From: Candidatus Omnitrophota bacterium
GTDB lineage: Bacteria; Omnitrophota; Gorgyraeia; Velamenicoccales; Velamenicoccaceae
Length of the DNA stretch: 64,000 nt
Assembly (NCBI GenBank): GCA_003451585.1
Contig: DMEU01000011.1
Coordinates: forward strand, 29,493 to 93,492
Direction: 5' to 3'
Below the pieces are notes generated by a model, which was not told the DNA's origin, made no database searches, and saw nothing but the letters and a program-made list of their open reading frames with translations. The stretch's first letter is position 1. Every line of letters begins with the position of its first letter. The position numbers and the translations under genes are program-made. Shown here piece by piece: positions 8,591 to 16,867 of the stretch.

Positions 8591-9460
8591 GTGAAGATCG
8601 TAAAAAAGATATCCCTGCTTCGGAAGGACCTGACTTTACTGCGGCGTAAAGGGGGCCGAATCGGTTTTGTCCCTACTATGGGTTATCTGCACGAAGGGCA
8701 CCTCTCTTTGGTGCGCCAGGCCAAAAAAGACAATGACATAGTTGTAGTGAGTATTTTTGTAAATCCTCTCCAATTCGCGCCGAACGAAGATTTCCGGCAC
8801 TACCCAAGGGACCTAAAGAGGGACGCAAAGTTGTTGAAGGGGTTTTGTGATATTCTTTTTGCGCCTTCTTCTGATGAATTATACCGTAAAGATTTCTGTT
8901 CATCGGTAGAGGTCAAGGGTACGGACGAGGCGCTCTGCGGCTTATCGCGCAAAGGGCATTTCACAGGCGTGTCGACGGTGGTGGCAAAACTTTTCAATAT
9001 TGTCTTAGCCGATAATGCCTATTTTGGGCGCAAGGACGCCCAGCAGGCTGCAGTCATTAAGAAGATGGTTTCTGATCTGGATTTCCCGGTCAAGGTACAT
9101 GTATTGCCTATTGTGCGAGAAAAAGACGGTTTGGCTATGAGCTCAAGGAATACATATTTGACTATAGAAGAGAGAAGACAGGCAGTGGTCTTGTTCCAGG
9201 CATTGAGATCCGCCGAAAGGATGGCGGCTGGCGGAATAAGGGATTCTGCTAAAATACGCCAGGCCTTGGAGGATTTTATAGGCCACACTCCTTCAGCGCG
9301 CATTGATTATATAGAGATAGCGGATGCCAGGACGCTCGCTCCGCTTGCCAGAATAGAAAAAGATGCCTTGTTGCTCTTGGCGGTTTATATTGGAAAGACC
9401 AGGCTTATAGATAATACGTTATTAAAAGTAAAGAAGCTGGCAGTTACCAGTGGTTACTAA
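8591..9460 (+). CDS. panC: pantoate--beta-alanine ligase
   Basis: GFVPTMGYLHEGHLSL HIGH-type motif. GTG start. Confidence 0.9.
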   Translation: MKIVKKISLLRKDLTLLRRKGGRIGFVPTMGYLHEGHLSLVRQAKKDNDIVVVSIFVNPLQFAPNEDFRHYPRDLKRDAKLLKGFCDILFAPSSDELYRKDFCSSVEVKGTDEALCGLSRKGHFTGVSTVVAKLFNIVLADNAYFGRKDAQQAAVIKKMVSDLDFPVKVHVLPIVREKDGLAMSSRNTYLTIEERRQAVVLFQALRSAERMAAGGIRDSAKIRQALEDFIGHTPSARIDYIEIADARTLAPLARIEKDALLLLAVYIGKTRLIDNTLLKVKKLAVTSGY

Positions 9461-9538
9461 CGGTTACTATCGGTTACCAAGAAGTTTTCGTAACTGTTCG
9501 TAATTATTATTAACCAATAGTAACTGTAAGTAACTATA
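9440..9538. repeat. hairpin element with a 10-nt period (ggttact... / ...agtaac)
   Basis: The left arm cagttaccagtggttactaacggttactatcggttacc overlaps the last codons and stop of panC. The right arm gtaactgttcgtaatt...agtaactgtaagtaac is imperfectly complementary. Confidence 0.65.
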
Positions 9539-9543
9539 AAATA

Positions 9544-10362
9544 ATGGCTACTAAAAAGCTGAAAATCGGGATCGTCGGATGCGGTGCCATTGGCTCTACC
9601 TTGGCTGTATTGCTTCAGAAGAAGTTCGCCAAGAATATAAAAATTGTTGCTTTATGTGATATCGATATGAAGCGCGCCCGGCTGCTCGCAGGAAAAGTTA
9701 AGGAGGCGGATGCAGTTTCTTTAGAAAAATTGATCAAGGCCAGTGATCTGGTGGTAGAGAGCGCTTCGGCGAAAGTTTCCTTTGAGATCGCTCAAAAGGC
9801 ATTGTATGCAGGAAAAGAGGTTCTGGTGATGAGCGTTGGAGGCATACTTGGCAAGGAGAAGAGGCTTTTTGATCTGGCTGAAAAGAAGAAGACGAAGATA
9901 TTTTTTCCTAGCGGAGCGGTATGCGGATTGGATGGGATACGTGCCTTATCTCTTTCAAAGATCAAAAAGATCACTTTAACTACGATGAAGCCGCCTCAAG
10001 GATTAAAAGGTGCCTCATATTTGTTAAAGCACAATATCAGCTTAGATGGCATAACCGGCGATAAGGTGGTTTTCCAGGGCAGCGCTATGGAAGCTGTACG
10101 AGCCTTTCCGCAGAATATCAATGTAGTCGCTGTGCTGAGCCTGGCGGCGAAAGGCCAGGTCATGCCAAGGGTTAAAATTGTAGCCTCTCGGTCTTTGAAG
10201 AGGAACGTGCATATTATCGAAGTAGATTCTGATGCCGCGCATCTAAAGATTAATTGCGAGAATGTACCCAGCCCGGATAATCCGAGGACGAGTTACCTGG
10301 CTATTCTGTCGGCATTGGCAGTGATCGCCGGCATCTTGGACCCTGTCAAGATAGGGGCATGA
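9544..10362 (+). CDS. nadX: L-aspartate dehydrogenase (NadX-like)
   Basis: N-terminal IGIVGCGAIG Rossmann motif, ~270 aa, and overall resemblance to the aspartate dehydrogenase family. Confidence 0.65.
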   Translation: MATKKLKIGIVGCGAIGSTLAVLLQKKFAKNIKIVALCDIDMKRARLLAGKVKEADAVSLEKLIKASDLVVESASAKVSFEIAQKALYAGKEVLVMSVGGILGKEKRLFDLAEKKKTKIFFPSGAVCGLDGIRALSLSKIKKITLTTMKPPQGLKGASYLLKHNISLDGITGDKVVFQGSAMEAVRAFPQNINVVAVLSLAAKGQVMPRVKIVASRSLKRNVHIIEVDSDAAHLKINCENVPSPDNPRTSYLAILSALAVIAGILDPVKIGA

Positions 10363-10364
10363 TT

Positions 10365-10448
10365 TTGAAAATAGAAAATGGAGCAAAAGGCCGCAATAGA
10401 AAATTTCTTCTCTTTTCTATTGTCTATTTTCCATTGCTCTATTTTTTT
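10365..10448 (+). terminator. 7-nt-unit hairpin followed by a T7 run; probable nadX terminator
   Basis: caatagaaaa (10394-10403) pairs perfectly with ttttctattg (10413-10422). The flanks are degenerate 7-mers (gaaaata/gaaaatg ... ttctatt/gtctatt/ttccatt), followed by ttttttt. Confidence 0.5.
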
Positions 10449-10485
10449 GTGAAACAAAAAAAATAAGGGAGGGGGGTGATTTTAG

Positions 10486-10734
10486 ATGGCACAGAAAGTT
10501 GCAAAGTTAGGCGTAAAGCGTGAGAAAGGGTATCTTTACTTCATCGATAAGGCTGGTGACGTTTCTTGCGCTCTGATGGCCAGAGGCAAAAAGAAGGGTG
10601 GTAAACCCAAGAAGGTTGCCAAGGCCGGTATTGAGAAAAAGAATGGTTTTCTTTATTTTCTCGATAAGCAGGGTGATATTGCCTGCGCGAAACTCGTCAG
10701 AGGCGGAAAGAAGAAAAAAGCAAAAAAGAAATAG
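10486..10734 (+). CDS. small lysine-rich protein with two tandem ~40-aa repeats
   Basis: Internal duplication: KVAKLGVKREKGYLYFIDKAGDVSCALMARGKKK versus KVAKAGIEKKNGFLYFLDKQGDIACAKLVRGGKKK. Strong GGGAGGGGGG Shine-Dalgarno sequence upstream. Confidence 0.7.
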   Translation: MAQKVAKLGVKREKGYLYFIDKAGDVSCALMARGKKKGGKPKKVAKAGIEKKNGFLYFLDKQGDIACAKLVRGGKKKKAKKK

Positions 10735-10748
10735 TTTTAAAAGAAATA

Positions 10749-10803
10749 CCCTCACCGTCTGCCAATGTATTTAAGGCTGGCGGTGAGGGGTCTGCTCCTT
10801 TTT
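10749..10803 (+). terminator. possible intrinsic terminator
   Basis: ccctcaccg (10749-10757) pairs with cggtgaggg (10781-10789). The T-run follows only after a short gap. Confidence 0.45.
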
Positions 10804-10830
10804 GGCCCCAGATCTCATATTTAATGCCTT

Positions 10831-12774
10831 GTGATGACAAACCTTAAAAATCGTTTTTATGTTTCCGGTGTTTTTCTGCGTAAGTTCTTATTCGGACGCG
10901 ATCCAAGTGAGCTTATTTTGTCCGTTCTAATTGGTTTATATGTTGTCTTTTTTTCTGTCATTTCATATTTAAAATTCGATTCGTTTTCCTATGGGGATTA
11001 TGACCTGGCTTATTTTGACCAGATCATATGGAATATACTCCATGGTTCAGTATTTAGTTCGATATTGGGCATTGTTTTTCTTGGTAACCATATGCAATTG
11101 ATATGGTTTATTTTGGCTCCTTTTTATTGGTTGTTCCCTCATCCGTTGACACTCTTGTTCCTCCAGAGTCTTTTTTTAGGTGTGGCCGCTTATCCTTTAT
11201 TCTTGCTAGCTAGGGGTTTTCTGGGATCAAGGTGGGGCACAGGGGTAGCACTTCTATACCTGTTATATCCGGCCGTAGCCTTTTTGAACCTGTTCGAGTT
11301 CCATCCAAGCGCATTCCTGCCTTTGTTTCTCTTTAGCGCTCTTTATTTTTTTCACGCTAATAGATTTACGTCTTTTTTGATATTTCTTTTTTTGGCCGTC
11401 TCGTGCCAGGAAAATATAGCGTTGGCCGCGCTAGGGATGGGTTTTTATGCGTTTTTTTCGCGACGCAGCTTGCGTTGGGTCATTGTGCCTGTGCTCTTCG
11501 GAGCCATATACCTCTTGGTTTCCATAAAGCTCATCATCCCCAGGTTAAACAATGATACCAGCCAATTTTTTTCTCTATATCACCATTTAGGCGGGTCTGT
11601 CGGTGAGATCTTCGTCAATTTACTTAAGCACCCTGTCGCTATGGCGCGTTTTGCTTTATCCGGGCCCAGGCTGAGTTTTTTGGCCGATCTCTTCGGCCCT
11701 CTTTCTTTTGTGCCCCTCCTGGGCCCTTTGCCGTTATTGTCGGCATTGCCGTTGTTCGCTCAGCATCTTTTATCGGCACGCATAACCCAGGTCATGATCC
11801 AATACCATTATACGGCTGAATTGATACCTTTTGTTTTTGCAGGCTTTATTTTCGGTATCAAAAATCTATTGAAGTTGGACTTGGTCAAAAAGAACCAGCC
11901 GGCACTTATTTTGGCCTTGTCCGTTTTCTTCCTTGCGTTCAGCTATTTTAGAGGGCCTTATTTTCATCTGCCGCGCATGGTTGGTACGGCCTTAAAGAAG
12001 GACATCTATGACCGTAATAAAGAGGATCTTTTGAAAAAGATCCCGCCTGACGCGCCTGTTATCGCTACTTTTGAGTTTTTGCCGCGCCTGACACATCGCA
12101 AAGAGCTGTATTCTTTTCACCACCAGTATACGGGGCGTTATACCTTATCTAATAATGCCTATCGCGTTCCCGATACCGTACGATACGCCCTTATTGATTT
12201 TAAAGACCCTTTGACATTCGGGAGTTTTTATCAGCCGGAAGGCTATAAGAATATTCAGGAATTGCTGGCTCGCGGGAAGTGGGGGGTGGTTGATGCCAGG
12301 GATTCGACTGTTTTATTCGTATTGGGTGTTTCCGATAAATACGGGTTATATCGCATACTGCAGGAAGAGCCTGAACCGCAGCATAAGATGAATGTGCCGG
12401 TCGATGATGACGTGGCGTTTTTAGGTTTCGATATCGAAGGCGCAAACAGGCATTTTTTTCATATTACTTTTTATTGGGAGTCTCTAAGGGCGACGCAGAA
12501 GGATATCCATATTTTTATACATTTCACCGATGAGAATGGCAAGATAAGGCATGAAGTTGTCCGCCCTGTTTGTTATGGTATCTATCCTACCAATGCCTGG
12601 GTACCAGGCGAACGGATAAGAGAAGATGCTTATTTGACGATACCCCCTGGATTGCCTCCTGGGCGGTACAATATCTCTATGGGATTTTATGACTACAGGA
12701 CGGGCACAGGTTTTTATGTTAATCCACGCGATGCCTTGGGAAGGGTCTTTTTGACACAGTCGGTTTTTGATTAG
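10831..12774 (+). CDS. DUF2079-family polytopic membrane protein (GT-C-like putative glycosyltransferase)
   Basis: More than 10 predicted TM segments and the YDLAYFDQIIWN motif characteristic of DUF2079, plus a soluble C-terminal domain. GTG at 10831 or ATG at 10834. Confidence 0.7.
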   Translation: MMTNLKNRFYVSGVFLRKFLFGRDPSELILSVLIGLYVVFFSVISYLKFDSFSYGDYDLAYFDQIIWNILHGSVFSSILGIVFLGNHMQLIWFILAPFYWLFPHPLTLLFLQSLFLGVAAYPLFLLARGFLGSRWGTGVALLYLLYPAVAFLNLFEFHPSAFLPLFLFSALYFFHANRFTSFLIFLFLAVSCQENIALAALGMGFYAFFSRRSLRWVIVPVLFGAIYLLVSIKLIIPRLNNDTSQFFSLYHHLGGSVGEIFVNLLKHPVAMARFALSGPRLSFLADLFGPLSFVPLLGPLPLLSALPLFAQHLLSARITQVMIQYHYTAELIPFVFAGFIFGIKNLLKLDLVKKNQPALILALSVFFLAFSYFRGPYFHLPRMVGTALKKDIYDRNKEDLLKKIPPDAPVIATFEFLPRLTHRKELYSFHHQYTGRYTLSNNAYRVPDTVRYALIDFKDPLTFGSFYQPEGYKNIQELLARGKWGVVDARDSTVLFVLGVSDKYGLYRILQEEPEPQHKMNVPVDDDVAFLGFDIEGANRHFFHITFYWESLRATQKDIHIFIHFTDENGKIRHEVVRPVCYGIYPTNAWVPGERIREDAYLTIPPGLPPGRYNISMGFYDYRTGTGFYVNPRDALGRVFLTQSVFD

Positions 12775-14488
12775 TTACTACCTAATGCGAGGGCAAATGC
12801 CAATTTTTTCAGAGGTAGGATGTAATCTTTGCGGAGCGGATAACTACGAAGTTCTCTTTAAGACTTATTCCGGGGATATGTCGGTAGGCGTTGATTCCCT
12901 GGAGATCACGGACCGTAATATCGATATCCATGCGCGCATTGTCCGCTGCCGTAAGTGCGGGCTGGTCTATGCCAATCCTCGGCCGCCGTTTGACCGTCTC
13001 TCATCCGATGATGTGACGCTGGCCCAGGGCAGCTATCCTGAAGAGGAGGCAGGCGCCCGTTTTGCAGCAAGGTCTGTCCTGAGAGCTTCGAAGAAATTCA
13101 AGAGGGCTGGAGGCGACTTGTTGGCGATAGGTTTCGGCGTAGGGTTTTTCTTGGATGAGGCCAAAAAGGACGGTTGGAACGCCTGCGGAGTGGAGTTTTC
13201 CAGGGCCTCTGCCGCATATGCGAAAGAAAAACTCCAGCTGGAAAATTTGATAGAAGGGCATTTCGATCCATGCATGTTCCCCGCAGGGCATTTTGACCTT
13301 GTGGTTCTGAAGGATTCATTGGACCACCTGGAAGACCCCAGGGGTATCTTAGAGGGGGTCAGGCGTATTTTAAAACCATCAGGCCTGTTCTATCTCAACG
13401 CGCCCAATATAAACGGCCCTGTGAGCAGGCTGCTAAGATCGAAGTGGTGGGGTATAAAACATGCGCATCTTTATTATTTTACACCGCGGACACTGACGAA
13501 GATGCTGGATGCGGCAGGTTTCGTCCCTATGGCTTTAAGGCCATATGTGCGTGCCTATACCATTAAGTACTGGCTGCTTAAGATCGCTTTTTATAATAAG
13601 GACCTTTATCGTTTTTTATCTTTTTTCGAAAAGACAAGATTTGCCGCTAAGGTGCTTAAGTTGAATCTCTGGGACAGGGTAGAGGTATTCTCTAGAAGGA
13701 GCCGGAGAATGGAATATTTGGATGAACTGGAATCTCCGGCAGCACCGGTTGAGAACAAGAGGATGAAAGTTATTGCGGTATTGCCGGCTTATAATGCCGC
13801 CAAGACCTTGAGCAGGACAGTAGCTGATATACCCAGGGAGTGTGTCGACGATATAATCCTGGTGGACGATAACAGTAAGGACAACACCGTAGAAGTTGCC
13901 AGGGGGCTTGGGCTTAAGGTCTATGTCCATCAGAAGAACAAAGGTTACGGAGGGAACCAAAAGACATGCTATATCAAGGCGCTTGAATCGGGCGCGGATA
14001 TAGCCGTCATGGTCCATCCTGATTATCAGTATGACCCCAAGGCGATCATCAGTCTGATCGAGCCTATTGAGAACGGCAGGGCAGATGCTGTTTTCGGGTC
14101 GCGCATGATGAAGCGCGGTGCATTGGAGGGCGGTATGCCTCTGTGGAAGCATAATGCCAATGTTCTTTTGACGGCTTTAGAAAATGTGGTACTGGGGACT
14201 TATCTGACAGAATACCACTCGGGTTTTCGCGCCTACAGCGCCCGTTACCTAAGAAGTGTTGCCTTTGAAAAGAATTCGGATGGTTTTATATTTGATACGG
14301 AGATAATCGTCCAGGGGTTGTTCAAGCATATGCGCATAGAAGAAGTGCCTATCCGTACCAGGTATTTTGATGAGGCGTCCACGATAAAATTGCTGCCGTC
14401 CGTCATATACGGCCTTGGGATAATCAAGACCATGGCAAAGGCCGTTCTTCATGAAAAAGGGCTTATTCGTTTTAAACAATTTTTGTAA
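12767..14488 (+). CDS. fusion protein: Zn-ribbon class I SAM methyltransferase + family 2 glycosyltransferase
   Basis: N-terminal half has CNLCG...CRKCG and LLAIGFGVGFF (SAM motif I). C-terminal half has VLPAYNAAKTL...VDDNSKDNT (GT2 DxD region). The start is uncertain (12767, 12785 or 12797). Confidence 0.75.
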   Translation: MISYYLMRGQMPIFSEVGCNLCGADNYEVLFKTYSGDMSVGVDSLEITDRNIDIHARIVRCRKCGLVYANPRPPFDRLSSDDVTLAQGSYPEEEAGARFAARSVLRASKKFKRAGGDLLAIGFGVGFFLDEAKKDGWNACGVEFSRASAAYAKEKLQLENLIEGHFDPCMFPAGHFDLVVLKDSLDHLEDPRGILEGVRRILKPSGLFYLNAPNINGPVSRLLRSKWWGIKHAHLYYFTPRTLTKMLDAAGFVPMALRPYVRAYTIKYWLLKIAFYNKDLYRFLSFFEKTRFAAKVLKLNLWDRVEVFSRRSRRMEYLDELESPAAPVENKRMKVIAVLPAYNAAKTLSRTVADIPRECVDDIILVDDNSKDNTVEVARGLGLKVYVHQKNKGYGGNQKTCYIKALESGADIAVMVHPDYQYDPKAIISLIEPIENGRADAVFGSRMMKRGALEGGMPLWKHNANVLLTALENVVLGTYLTEYHSGFRAYSARYLRSVAFEKNSDGFIFDTEIIVQGLFKHMRIEEVPIRTRYFDEASTIKLLPSVIYGLGIIKTMAKAVLHEKGLIRFKQFL

Positions 14489-14498
14489 AAAATACAGG

Positions 14499-15449
14499 AT
14501 GGCGGAAATGGCATGTGGGCACAAGGATAGAAAGGAGTGGCGGGTCTGTAAGCAGGATGTATTATATGAGTGCCGTTCCTGCGGACTGGTCTTTCTTCCG
14601 GCAGGCTGCCAGGAACACAGTGCCGAGGCATTGTATGAGGATTATTATAAGAACGAGACAGGGGGCCGTTTTAATTATGGCCTTGAATACATCATCCGTA
14701 TCTTTCGTTTTTTCAGGGCGCTAAAGATATTTTTATTGTGCCCAAAGGCAAAGAGCATTCTTGATATAGGCAGCGGCCGCGGCTTCATGCTTTATTACCT
14801 GAAAAAATTCTACGGTTATGAAACCGTAATAGGCACACAGATCTCTAAGAACGGGCTGGAGTTTTCAAGAAAACGCCTTGGGTTGGAGGTATACGGTAAG
14901 GACCTTCTGGATCTTGACCTGGGCGATTCCAGGTTTGACGTGATTTCGATGTGGCATGTCTTAGAGCATGTGCCTGCCCCGGAGCGCTATATTGAAAAGA
15001 TATACAGCTCTTTAAAGCCGGGAGGCAAGCTTGTAGTCGAGGTGCCGAACCTTCGTTCATGGACGGCCGCTTTCACCGGGCCGTACTGGCTGGGGCTGGA
15101 TTTGAAGTACCACCTGTATTTTTTTACCCCCCGCTCATTGGGCGGGCTATTGGAAAAATACGGCTTTCGGATAACGCTAACGCACACTTTTTCTTTGGAA
15201 TATTCGATATTCATATCGGTCCAGAGCATCGTCAGTTTTTTAACGCGTTCAGACCAGGTATTTTTTGAATGGCTGCAAACAGGCAGGATGCGCCCTGCGA
15301 TATTGTTACATATATTTTTGTTTCTTTTGCTGACACCGCTTTGTTTTTTAGCTAATATCCTTCTTTTCTTTTCAAAGAAGGGCGAGGTCTTGTTGATGGT
15401 CGCTGAGAAACCTGTTACTGGAGGCGCTGGCCTGGATCTACAGGCATAA
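14499..15449 (+). CDS. class I SAM-dependent methyltransferase with Zn-ribbon and C-terminal TM segments
   Basis: C..H...CRSCG ribbon, ILDIGSGRGF motif I and a hydrophobic C-terminus. The ATG at 14499 avoids overlap with the upstream gene. Confidence 0.75.
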   Translation: MAEMACGHKDRKEWRVCKQDVLYECRSCGLVFLPAGCQEHSAEALYEDYYKNETGGRFNYGLEYIIRIFRFFRALKIFLLCPKAKSILDIGSGRGFMLYYLKKFYGYETVIGTQISKNGLEFSRKRLGLEVYGKDLLDLDLGDSRFDVISMWHVLEHVPAPERYIEKIYSSLKPGGKLVVEVPNLRSWTAAFTGPYWLGLDLKYHLYFFTPRSLGGLLEKYGFRITLTHTFSLEYSIFISVQSIVSFLTRSDQVFFEWLQTGRMRPAILLHIFLFLLLTPLCFLANILLFFSKKGEVLLMVAEKPVTGGAGLDLQA

Positions 15450-15453
15450 CAAC

Positions 15454-16854
15454 ATGGCCAAGGTCCTTTTCTTTAATCCCCCATCAAGAGAGAACGTTTA
15501 CCTTAAGACAAACGTAAGTGTCGGGGCGCCGAGCTATCCTAATTTGACCCTGGCTACCCTGGCAGGCCATCTTGTTGCTAACCATAAGGTCAGGATCGTA
15601 GATCTTGATGTTGTGGGAGCCGTCCATGAGGACTTGTTCGATGCAATTGTTGATTTTTCGCCTGATATCATAGCATCTTCCGCGAAAACCCCGGATTATT
15701 TTGCGGTCCGCGGCCTGATGCGTGAGGTCAAGAGGCGTTATCCTGGAGTAAAGACTATAGTGGGTGGCGTCCATGTTACAGCCTGCCCTGAAGATGCGGC
15801 TGGTGAACTATCCTTCGATATTGTCGTCCTAGGGGAAGGCGATACGGCTATCCTTGAGATCTTATCCGTTGATGATCTTGGTAAGGTACCCGGGATAATC
15901 TACCGAAAGCCGGATTCCGGGGAGGTGGTTTTTACAGCGCCTCGCGGCCTTATTGAAGACCTCAACAAGCTGCCTTATCCTGCCTGGGACCTTTTTGATC
16001 TAAGCCTTTACGAGAATTCCAGGTTGTCTTGCCGGCGCAATCCTGTCGGCCATATCGAAACCAGCCGTGGGTGTGCAGCACAATGTAATTTCTGTAATAA
16101 GCTTATCTTTGGCAGCAGGCCGCGTTCAAAAATACCCCAGCGGGTCGTAGATGAGATGGAGTATATGCTGCGTTGCGGGTTTCGGGAGGTCCACGTTGCC
16201 GATGATAGTTTTACTCAGGATATCGGGCGCGCAAAGGAGGTCTGTAGGGAGATCTTAAGGCGCGGTTTAAAATTTCCATGGGCCCTTATCAATGGTATCC
16301 GCGTGAATATGGTTGATCTAGAATTCCTCTCCCTTGCTAAAAAGGCCGGCTGCTGGCAGGTCGGTTTCGGCATAGAAACAGGAGACCAGGAAGTCCTTAA
16401 TAAGATCAGTAAGAACATTACGATCGCGCAGACAGAGAATGCCGTTAAACTCGCAAAAAAAGCCGGTCTGGATACGTTCGGTTTTTTTATCTTCGCCCTG
16501 TCCGGCGAGACGGAAGCCTCGATGAGGCGGACGATCTCTCTGTCCAAGCGGCTGCCCCTTGATATGGCAAAATTCGATATATGTATCCCTTATCCGGGCA
16601 CCCGTTATTATAACGAGCTTAAGGCGGAAGGGCGCATCAAGAGTTATGATTGGTCTAAGTATATCTGCCATCAGACAGAGGAGCATTTATTCGATCACCC
16701 CAATCTCCCATGGGAGACCATCGAGTCCTACTATAAAAAGGCCTTCAGGGAATTTTATTTGAGGCCGGGTTTTTTCTTCAGGCGTTTTTTGAGAAGCCTG
16801 CGCATGAACGATCTTATAAATGACATCCGGTATTTTTTGAGGTCTAAGTGGTGA
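15454..16854 (+). CDS. B12-binding-domain radical SAM protein
   Basis: N-terminal cobalamin-binding-like domain followed by the CAAQCNFC (CxxxCxxC) radical SAM cluster motif. Confidence 0.8.
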   Translation: MAKVLFFNPPSRENVYLKTNVSVGAPSYPNLTLATLAGHLVANHKVRIVDLDVVGAVHEDLFDAIVDFSPDIIASSAKTPDYFAVRGLMREVKRRYPGVKTIVGGVHVTACPEDAAGELSFDIVVLGEGDTAILEILSVDDLGKVPGIIYRKPDSGEVVFTAPRGLIEDLNKLPYPAWDLFDLSLYENSRLSCRRNPVGHIETSRGCAAQCNFCNKLIFGSRPRSKIPQRVVDEMEYMLRCGFREVHVADDSFTQDIGRAKEVCREILRRGLKFPWALINGIRVNMVDLEFLSLAKKAGCWQVGFGIETGDQEVLNKISKNITIAQTENAVKLAKKAGLDTFGFFIFALSGETEASMRRTISLSKRLPLDMAKFDICIPYPGTRYYNELKAEGRIKSYDWSKYICHQTEEHLFDHPNLPWETIESYYKKAFREFYLRPGFFFRRFLRSLRMNDLINDIRYFLRSKW

Positions 16855-16867
16855 GAGGCAAAAAAAT

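Noticed and set aside
13616-14152. Long antisense ORFs (for example 13616-14152, 19903-20364, 29414-29857, 32460-32969, 38866-39432, 39507-39998, 50437-50931, 53580-54200)
   Set aside because: They lie entirely opposite well-supported plus-strand genes. They have low-complexity, Arg/Ser/Pro-rich translations and no Shine-Dalgarno sequences or family resemblance, so they are shadow ORFs.
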